Below, piece after piece: positions 54,280-64,000 of a stretch of DNA of 64,000 bases. The notes under the pieces were generated by a model. It did no database searches. It saw nothing but the letters and a program-made list of their open reading frames with translations, and was not told the origin of the DNA. Position 1 is the stretch's first letter. The number at the start of each line of letters is the position of its first letter. The stretch is from the NCBI GenBank assembly GCA_000320545.1, contig ADNK01003198.1, forward strand, positions 23,856 to 87,855, in the 5' to 3' direction. The DNA is from Bigelowiella natans CCMP2755 (lineage: Eukaryota > Protista > Cercozoa). A program made the position numbers and the translations under genes.

Positions 54280-54856
54280 GCTTTTGCTTTTGTTCGTTCT
54301 TTCTTGTTTCTTCGTTCTTCGTACGAATGCTGCTCGACCTTGTGTGCACGTACGTGACAACCAAGAGAAATCGTTTAAATGTTGTAGTGCTCGTAGCTTC
54401 GTAGTCAGTCGTAGTAGTAGTAATAGGTTTGTGAGGATGCATCTAGGTCTACGACAAACAAATAAAACAAAACAAACACACAAACACGGTGCTTTTTTCT
54501 AATAAAATACGTAGATCTGTTATTGTACCTTTCAATGAGCGAATACCACGACAACTTATCACAAGCGACAAATGCCAATTGATGTCGTAGTAGTAAAACA
54601 AGTATGGTACAAGATTAAGAAGGCTTTTCCCTGTCTGCGACATGAAGAATTGGTAATGGTTCTCATTGCGACAACAACAACAAAGCAATGATCTTGGCGT
54701 TTTTTTTGTTTGAGAAGTGATACATCAGTTTTTCATCTGCGACAAGAAGATACACTGTGTTTCCCCTGCTACGACAAACAGAATTGGTGTCGCGCTCTCA
54801 CTCACTCTCTTCATCGATCCACCTACGACAACGAACACAACATCACAAAGCTCATC

Positions 54857-56100
54857 ATGGTGGTCAATCATCGATACTGGGGCTCATCCATCTTCATATG
54901 CCTCACCACGATCATTGTCCATCATGCAAGTGGTAAATAGAAATAGGATCTTAGTTAGCTTCGGGAGGAGGACGTATGTCATGAGAGAATTAATGTCATC
55001 CGAATGGTTCAAAATATAATACGTATCATCATCATTCACATTCATGATATTATCTCTATTTCTTTCATTATTGTTCGTGTTCCACTAGCATCGCTCCCCA
55101 CTCCTGATCATCAGTTATGCTACTTCTCCACGTGCACATTGACCGACACATATGGGGCAATGGACACCACTCTAAAAGACGGGACTACATGTGAGATAGG
55201 AAAAGGATTAGTCTTCGATGGTATTAACGACTGGGCAGATCTCGGAGATGTGCCATTAGGAGGTGTTCATAGTAGCATATCCTAGGAGTGAGATCATCCA
55301 ACATATCCTTTTATAAACTGTAGTACGGGATTATTATTTGACAGAATCATACCTCTAATTTAGTACGTAGTACCTGCTGCTGCTGCTTTTTAACAACTCT
55401 CCTCGCTCTTTCATTTCATGATAGGTGCAATGACAATATCATCTTGGTCCCAATACGACTCATTTGCGACTGCTTTCTCTCGAGTATACGACTTTAACAA
55501 TGGCGGAAACGCAAATACGCAGATTCATCTCGCTCATGGACAGTGGCCAAATGGACAGCTCCCAGATATGGAGATTAGAACTACGACTGGCTCTTCATAT
55601 TCTTCTGGAACCGTCTATGATATTCACATGTCTGGTGGAAATGCATGGGTACAGGGAGCAATGACCAATATTATTCGAGTGTGGGATGGGAATGGAAGGC
55701 ACTATGTATACATAAATGGAGTTCTTAAGCATTCAGCTGGACCGGATAATAGATTGAATCCTCCGCTTGTTACTCGTGGAAATCACTGGCTTTCCCGGGC
55801 AGCTAGTTCGAGCTCAAGCGCTGGCCGAATGAAAGGTCAGTAATAAAGTGTCAGCAATCTAAATCAAAATCTTGATCCTAAATGCTTACAATGTGTATAT
55901 GATAAGGTGTCATCAAGGCTCTCACCATATGGAAGCGAGCATTGAGTGCATCAGAGGTAAGTCAGGCTTATAGCTCGACAGACGGTTGTCCATCTTCACA
56001 AATAGTTAGACCAGCTGTACCAGTGGAATTTGGACTTGTGAATGAATGTAGACAACATCCAACCAGACCCTCGTCCCTAGGAAGTTGCCCATCAACTTAG
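54857..56100 (+). CDS. Secreted concanavalin A-like lectin/LamG-domain protein (4 exons)
   Basis: Signal-peptide-like exon MVVNHRYWGSSIFICLTTIIVHHAS, then GLVFDGINDWADLG, MTISSW, RVYDF, YVYINGVL and MKG|VIKALTIWKRALSASEV, which are Laminin_G_3-type motifs. Confidence 0.8.
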
Positions 56101-56160
56101 GTTCTTTCAGTTGTTTTCAACAATGAGTTATTTCATGAAGTCACAATGATTATTTCGGTG

Positions 56161-57790
56161 ATGCAACATGAGCACAAAATGCACGATTGTTTTTGTCATG
56201 ATCGCATGTCAGGTTTGTGTATTTGTTGAAAATTTTCAATTGCAGCCATGCAATGCAGCGGCCTCGGCGCTCAAGTTTCACAATTGTTTGTTTCCGCTGT
56301 GATGATGTCCATCATGTGAACAACATTCGCAATGTGACTCCGTTCGTTTCGAGTTCAAACCTGCAGCGTGCACGCACAAAGCTAAGGTTGAGTGTTGCCC
56401 ACGTGCGAACAACAAGCTTCTTCTCCATGCAAGCAATGCAATTGATCGAATCATTGTTCGTCCCATCACGTTGTTGCACCTGTCATGCACACACCGCTCG
56501 CCAATGAACGTGTGCACTTGAATGGATCCTGCGCGGTCCTGCGCGTGCACGATGCCACTCAAGCAGCACCCTTGATTGTGTTCAAAGCTGCTCTTGATGC
56601 AGTCTTTCGTGTGCGATGAACACCCTGTGCACGTTTCGAGAAATCACGTGGAAGCCGGTCAAATGGATGTTTGTTCGTCGCTGCTTCGAACACTCAAACG
56701 ACACCGAGTGCTCTTGGAGGGGGAGTTTGAACTGTGTCGCTTCCAGTGCACAAAATTGGCAACAATTTTCAGAACTTCAGCTCAAACAATTGTCAACGTG
56801 CAACTCTGACAACGTGACATCGGGAAAACACCGCCTTGGCAAAACACAAGACAAGAAAACCGACGATTGCTACGTCAACAAGTCGTCACTGCCTCAAAAC
56901 CCCGAACTGCCTGCAGCTGTCCACGTCGGCTCCTTGTCTTTGCCCTGCAGGAGACCAGAGACTCATCGATGCAGTGTGAGTGCAATTGTGCGCAAAAACT
57001 GCCTGTTCCAAAGTTCCAACCCTGTCGCCAAACAACGTGTGGTGGCAGCAGCATCGGCGCTGAGCAGAGCCGTCTGGAGAGCCAACACGAAAGATGAACA
57101 TGAATCAGAGGGACGGACGAAAGAGCACGGACAGCTTGACGTCGACACTGAACTTTTGAGTGTCTCTGCTGCCACACGTTGGTCATGGGGTTGGAACAGG
57201 CAGCACGTGTCCACACATTGCAAAACGCATTCAGTTTGCATCCAGGACACTCATGAACAAAAGCAAAGCATCGACGTCAAGCTGTGATCGTGCTCGTCTT
57301 TCTGTCGTCCGTCGCCCTCCAATCTCTAGATCTAGCAATCCACCTTTCGCACCAGCTCTCTCAAGTGTGTTCGATTCCCTGCGTGTTGAAATCCCGGAAT
57401 CCGAACACTCATTGCGCACCAACATGCAGATCGATGACTTGTTCAGCAAAAGATGCTTCTCATGAAATCACAAGGCACAATGGCTTCCTAGCTGCGTTGA
57501 CCTGCTGCACGCGCTGAATTGAAACAATTGATCAACACATTGTTGTGGTTCCGATTTCTGCATGGGCTGCCTGCTGCTGCAGCAACGTTGTCGAGAGACA
57601 TGTCTCTTGACGTGTGCGCTTCCTCAAACTAGTGATTTGCAACTACCGCAATCTAGCAATGTGAAATGGCATGCATGGACATCATCACATTGCTTTTGCA
57701 AATTATTTGCAACGCGCCTTGTGAGTCATTTCATCAACGTGCTTCCATCATTGTGTGCTCATTGCGCTCATGTGCAATGAGCCAAAAATG
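56161..57790. other. TpA-erased island, probably a mutated relic of an inserted sequence
   Basis: Only 8 TA dinucleotides in 56222-57700, all preceded by C. No microsatellites, and overlapping ORFs on both strands. Confidence 0.85.
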
Positions 57791-57911
57791 CAATTTGATA
57801 TGCACATGACGAGATGATTGAGATGATGATGTGCTACCTTCCATTGTTGCATATTTACATTTCATCATTTTGATGTTTCGGCATTTGAAGTGTGTGTAAT
57901 GTAGTGCCTCT

Positions 57912-58913
57912 TCAAATATTTGTGCAATAATCTTCCTCAAGACTCTGTGCTTGTGCACATTTAATGCCGCAGATTTTAAGACCTTTAATAATGGTGTTCA
58001 TCTCCTGAAAATCAATGATTATAATAAATGGAAGTTCAGATAGTGTTTAGTGATGGAGGAGAAACTCAAAAATATGGTAGAAACAACATATGATACCATC
58101 ATATTTGTATCACTAACCTGCGCAACACTTCGTGCTTCCATCATTCGATCTGGCCTCCACAATTCTACAATCCACTGAATATGATCCCGGATATTGGCGG
58201 TGAAACAACATGTTAAATTCTGAGATATTTATTACCTTTACCTACACATGAGACATGGAACATTGAACATACACACCACTACGCACAAACGCGAATGTAA
58301 TCTATTCTTAATACTAACATCATTTGAGAGAAGATCTTTTGCAGATGCTCTTTTCTTCGGATCCCGTGAAAAGCACCTTACATTTCATTGAAATATTGCA
58401 TGAATATCACTCAATACAATTTCCTTTGCACTAAAAATGTACTTTAAATTAGAAATTTGACATCATCATCATCATCATCATCATCTATCTAACTTTATAA
58501 CCTCAAACAAAATTCCCTGCCCTTGAAGCTCAGTAAATCTGATATTGCCGGTATTTCTTTTGTCTGCAAATTTTGATTGTGTAGTGAATAATGTACGAAG
58601 TTTAATGTTATTAGTACCATCCTCTTCCCCCCCCCCCCCCCACCCCCCCTGCATATATTCCTTCCCTCTGTTTTCAATGATTATTTGTTTTATTGACCTG
58701 TGAAATTTGGTACATGATTTGAAATGTGTTAGTGAGCCCCTTTTCGAACCAAGGTGCTCTAGCACTATTATCAATTACAACAACACCAAACAACAACAAC
58801 CGTAACTGACAACTAGTCATAATAAATGAGACAACGCAAGAAGTCTTACACATTAATTCACCGTCAGCATTACCATTGCTAATGTCAATATCACTGTGTG
58901 AAATGTTGCTCTA

Positions 58914-58955
<42 letters not shown>

Positions 58956-59598
58956 TTTTCCTTCCCTGTGCTTCTATGTTTTGATGCCGGTGTACTACTA
59001 CTACTACTACTACTGCTACTTCTGCTACTACTAGCACTACCTTGCCATCTCAAGAACAACACAACCAAGGGACCAGATATCCACCTTGTTTCACACATAT
59101 AAATTACTACCTACTACCATGTATTATCTGCGTTTTGACCCAACATAATAATTAATAATTACATATAATAATATTATGTATGTATACACGCATCATTCAA
59201 GCAATATAATACCGATATATTATTAAATGACGGAGTGAAGAAAGATGATATATTAAATAGAGTAAAGAAGGAGCAAATAGATGGATAGATAAATTCATAC
59301 AAGCATAAAACCAAGATAGAAAGCATTATAAAACTATTGAGAGCAGCAATGTCAGCTACTTTTTCATCCCATCTTCCAGTGAGAACCTTACAGATAGTAG
59401 TAGTAGTAACATTATTTGAACAAAATGATGCTCATTTACGGAAAACTGTACTTCTGGAAGTGCTGGTAATAGCAAATTATTAGGTTTTTAGTAGTGTCGT
59501 TGAAGGCACCTCTGGAGCGACCCATTGCGGCGTGAATTTGAATGAATTGTCTAGCTCAAATCCTCCCTTCTCATGGGCAGCCTAATAGACACACATAA

Positions 59599-59629
<31 letters not shown>

Positions 59630-60862
59630 TACATACTTTTTATAATACGCGAATAACATCTTTCACATTATAGATGCTACCATTGATAGAAAGAAAAACA
59701 ACACAAAAAACAACACAGAAACGAAAGAAAAGGAACATAATGGACAATACTAGTTCTAATAGTGGTGAATAATCATGTATCTCTTCTTACTACAACTGAC
59801 TGACTGACTGACCTCTAGAACACCATCTGTTAGTTTGGCAGATCCAAAATCAGCAAGCTTTATCGTGCCTTTGCCCATAACCTAGACATTAAAAAAAAAA
59901 AAATAATAATAATAATAAGACGGAAGAGAAGAAGAAATACTACTACTACTACTACTGCTACTACTACTACAACTACACTTACAAGAATATTCTTTCCCTT
60001 TATGTCTCTATGAATAACCTGCAAATGATAGTTCAGAATGATCAAATCTTCCTTCAACTACTCTATTTCGAGAAAGTGATGTAATAGTAGGTATTCATCG
60101 AAAAATGAGGGTCAGATGATTAGCCATACAACATTGTTAATCTTATAATAATATGAGTTATATCCCTCCTTGTCCCCTTGCCGCACATTCTATATTCACG
60201 TATACGTATTACTACCCCCTTTCCATGGCAGAAGTGCAGGGCTTGAGCAATCTAATATAATATTCACAAAAATTGAGCATATTCAAAGATTATACGCTCA
60301 CGATAGCAGCAGTCGTTAATTTGATTTGGATCAATTTTATATCAATGGAACAACCCACAGGGTAAGTCAATGAGAGATAACAGCAAACTATGACACACTC
60401 AAATGTGGAGTAGTAGCAAGTTATTGAAAACAACTGTAATTATTAATGCGACGTTAGTACAGTACCAACTATGGGGATTATACTACTACTGCTATTACTG
60501 CTACTAGTACTAGTACTACCTGCATAGTATAGTATTGGACGATAGGCTCAGGAAAAGGACCATAGATCTTATTTTAACGAAAAAAAAGTCAAAAAAGATT
60601 TATAGTATAGATAGCACAATAATTGTAATTTAGTGGTTGTTTGATTGAGTAGTGCATTCAGCATCATCATCAAACATCATCAAAACATCATCATAGGAGC
60701 AGTCTTTACATCATAAAAACATTACCATAAATACCAAATCAATTGTATTAATCATCATCACGTTTGTTTCCCATCATCATCACTTACTCTCATTATTATT
60801 CGCATATTAATGTTCATAAGGTGCTTCTTCTTCTCTTTCTTCTTTTTACTATTTCTACAAAT

Positions 60863-60900
<38 letters not shown>

Positions 60901-60952
60901 TTAGTTGTGAGTCAAGGGAATTTCCATCCACATATTCCATGTAAATCTAAGT

Positions 60953-60984
<32 letters not shown>

Positions 60985-61676
60985 CAAGGATTACTACAAT
61001 TACTTATGACGGTACTGTGTGTGTGTGTGTGTGTGTGTGTCTGTGTGTGTGTGTGTGTGTGAGTGCTTGTGTGTGTGCGTATATTCTAAATTGTGTGTGC
61101 GTATATCAAGTGCGTGTGTGTGTGCGTATATTCGAAATTGTGTGTATATTCTAAATTGTGTGTGCGTATATTAATTTCTTCTAGACTACGTCTCAACCCA
61201 GATGTGACATCTTATAATGATAATAAATGAGAGCCAAAGTTTCCATTTATTTGTTTTGATAATTGTTAATATATATATTAAAATGCTGTCGATTGATTTG
61301 TGATGAGGGATGAGTGGAAGATATACAACCTCCATACGATTTGGTGGAACAACGATACAACTAATTAGTTAAAATATCAAAATGAAACTTTTAACAAAAA
61401 GATAATGATAATGATAATGATGATGATTATAATGTCAGACAATACGTCATAATTATATGCATCAATATCATTTTAAAACTTCAGAAGTATATCTTTATTA
61501 TAATCCAATCTTTGGGTCCTCCTTCACTAGTACTACTAGTCCTAGTAGTAGTAGTAGTAGTAGTACTTTTGGATCAATACCCGTACATACGCACGATGTG
61601 AGGATTTTGAAGTTTCTTCATTACATTTACCTGAGAGATCAAACCATTGGATGGAGAGCATAACGATGACGACATG

Positions 61677-61709
<33 letters not shown>

Positions 61710-63821
61710 TTTGAGTGTGAATAATTCACAAGTAATAGTATATATCTACTACTACTACTATTTGAGTGTGAATAATTCACAAGTAATAGTATATATCTAC
61801 TACTACTACTATTTGAGTGTGAATAATTCACAAGTAATAGTATATATCTACTACTACTACTACTATTTGAGTGTGAATAATTCACAAGTAATAGTATATA
61901 TCTACTACTACTACTACTATTTGAGTGTGAATAATTCACAAGTAATAGCATATATCTACTACTACTACTATTTCAGTGTGAATAATTCACAAGTAATAGC
62001 ATATATCTTTACCAGAGTTAATAATAGAACGGTAGCCTCATGAACATCATTGTGTGTACCACTTACTACTAACCCTCATGATTATGATTATTATATACTA
62101 TTCATAATAAAATGGATATTAGAGTACTACCTCATTCTTGAGTTCATCGGCTACCTCCTTGGTGATTCCTTTGGTAAGAAATACCCTGATATTATTGTAG
62201 ATTATAATCAGATGATTGATTGACGATGATATGATGATGATTAATTACATGATGATGATGAGAATATTTCTTAAGGAATCAATTATATAGATGATCGCGA
62301 TAAGCTCAAAATATATGGCTACTACAGAAAGTACATATCTCTTGTTAATATTAATCTAGTTTGCACTCTTATGATGATGTATTTTAAAAAATCCTATCTT
62401 CTATCGATATCCCTGCTTCATTCTCTTCATTCAGTTTTTTCCATCCTTTATAATAATGTAAATAAATAAATAATCCAAAATTATAATACCACCTTTTGAC
62501 TGCCATAACCTTGTTCTCCGTGATGTTGTGAGCAAGAAATACGTTTCCAAAAGCACCTAACAAATAATTCATTGAATGTATGCTGAAATGTTTGTATTAG
62601 GTAGATTAGAGGATATACTTCAACTATGTGTACTAACTACTACACATGGCCTCTCCCTCTCTCCTGTGCAATCAACCTCTTCCAAGATTCTTTAGTTTTT
62701 TGTACTATGAAGAGGAGGAGGAAAAGATGATTTAGCATTTCTTATAATAGAATAGAACAATACATAACATTAATTGATGATATGAAGATGATTCATCTTT
62801 CGGGGGAAAAAACAAAAATAAAAAATGCATTTTTACTTTAATTGAATGTACGACTACTGTTACCAAGAGGAATGAAAAATGCCTTTTTTTTTTTTGATGT
62901 ATTTACAACTACTGATACTAAGAACATTTATCCTTTATTTTGATTGTATGTACGACTACTGTTACTAAGAATACTTATCTCCAATCCGAGAGGAATAGTA
63001 CTACCTTCCACTGTTTTTTCACATCTTCATCGATTGTGACTTCTATATCTTGATTTGTTTTTCCTCCTTCTTCTCCTCCTCCTCTCCCTCCCCCTCCTCC
63101 TCCTCTTCCTCTATTTTCTAGCATAGAGTCATAAGTTGAGCATGACAATGATGATGATGATTGAGATATCTTGTTTTCATCTGGCCGATTATGCTTTACC
63201 AGGCCCTTAAGAGAAAGAGAGAAGGGGAGGAGGAGGAGGTAGCTTAGAGGAAGGACTTTCATGATAAATTTGATTTATTGATGAATCATATTATTAATAT
63301 TATATATTATTTTGTACATATTATAAGGCTCTATTCATTACAATTACCCAGTCTGACATCGTCTCTTGTTGGCTAAGTTCTCTCGTAGTCATGGTACTAC
63401 TTGTATCATTATTCGTTTTCAATGACTTATTCTTTGAAACATTGATAACAGAAGAATCTTTGCTTTGACGGTCTTTGACACACAATCTAATTTAGTAGTT
63501 AGTATTCATGATTTGAAACACACCCATAGATCTTGTGCTTGTAAATAACTACTATTATTACAACAAACGTGACAATATGGAATAATAACCAACATCATCA
63601 TCATCATCATCATCATCACTATCATCTTGATTATCGTCAATCTTTGTTTCAGTGAGGAGAAAAACAACCTTTGCTCCTCCTCCTCCTCCTCCTCCTCCTC
63701 CTCCTCCTCCTCTCCCTTATCGTTATCATTTCTCACTAATCCCCAGTCAGATATGGTACCGCAGCTTGAAAGATTCTATTATAAATAGGTGGTGGAAGTC
63801 TTCGTTGTTGTATGCATATAA
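57912..63821 (-). CDS. STE11/MEKK-type MAP3K Ser/Thr kinase; 5' end unresolved, probably outside the window
   Basis: Exons give LGRG|AFGNV...MAVKR, ELKNE|VNVMKKLQNPHIVRMYG, IYMEYVDGNSL, VIHRDIKGKNIL, IKLADFGSAK, FTPQWVAPE, VDIWSLGCVVLEMAS|ARAPW and CFSRDPKKRASAKDLL. Confidence 0.9.
61700..62008. repeat. Intronic minisatellite, 6 x 51-54 bp, with internal palindrome
   Basis: (cta)n-tttgagtgtgaataattcacaagtaatagtatatat occurs six times; contains TGTGAAT-A-ATTCACA. Confidence 0.92.
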
Positions 63822-63910
63822 CTACATACTTGTATTTTGTATATAAATACATGATAATAGACATGTTCATCATCTATCATTTTATCTATATTTTGACTTA
63901 TTATGACCAT

Positions 63911-64000
63911 AGCCAACTTGCTAGCTAGCTTGGCTGGTTGGTGGTCCAGCTAGCACAAGAGCTGGCTTGCTAGCTTGTCTGCTTGGTGCGCTAGCGCACC
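63911..64000. other. Start of another CTAG-rich, TpA-restricted tract, truncated by the window edge
   Basis: Five TA dinucleotides, all in CTAG; ends in the 16-bp palindrome GGTGCGCTAGCGCACC. Confidence 0.65.

Noticed and set aside
56963-57250. DDE/pogo transposase hint (FQPHDQ) on the minus strand
   Set aside because: It is a single short motif with no other catalytic motifs or TIRs, and ORFs here are inflated by TpA loss.
61574-62043. CRISPR-like array or repeat-protein ORFs
   Set aside because: There are no unique spacers or cas genes, the context is a eukaryotic intron, and the ORFs are translations of a minisatellite.
2643-63846. Numerous 60-140 aa ORFs with poly-V/L/S/Y/H/M/T runs
   Set aside because: They are translations of intronic microsatellites.

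Overview
Gene-dense, very intron-rich eukaryotic nuclear DNA. It looks like a protist, possibly a chlorarachniophyte or other rhizarian, but that assignment is only an impression. Exons are mostly 30-150 nt and are separated by GT-AG introns full of microsatellites, so most ORF-track entries are spurious. By manual splicing I can support 14 protein genes and one tRNA, in order: Ser/Arg-rich hypothetical (+), dual-specificity phosphatase (-), DOLPP1 (+), intronless ORC1 (-), homocitrate synthase with a C-terminal LOR/SDH-type domain (+), SF3B2 (-), mS37/CHCHD1 (+), ABHD17-like hydrolase (-), tRNA-Ile(TAT) (+), SLC25 carrier (+), exostosin-like protein (-), PhyH dioxygenase (+), single-pass membrane protein (-), LamG-type secreted protein (+), MAP3K-type kinase (-). 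Main observations: (1) protein genes alternate strand perfectly, forming divergent pairs separated by CTAG/GCATGC-rich spacers at every convergent junction. (2) Parts of these spacers, above all a ~1.5 kb island at 56.2-57.7 kb, have lost nearly all TpA except in CTA/TAG context, suggesting a targeted TA-to-TG/CA mutator, the reverse of fungal RIP. (3) The homocitrate synthase lacks the Asp used for lysine feedback in fungi and carries a fused ACT-like domain. (4) There is an in-frame TAG at a conserved Trp position in the exostosin-like gene. (5) (GTA)n and (CTA)n repeats are polarised at intron ends. All gene models and counts were made by eye and need RNA-seq or computational confirmation.
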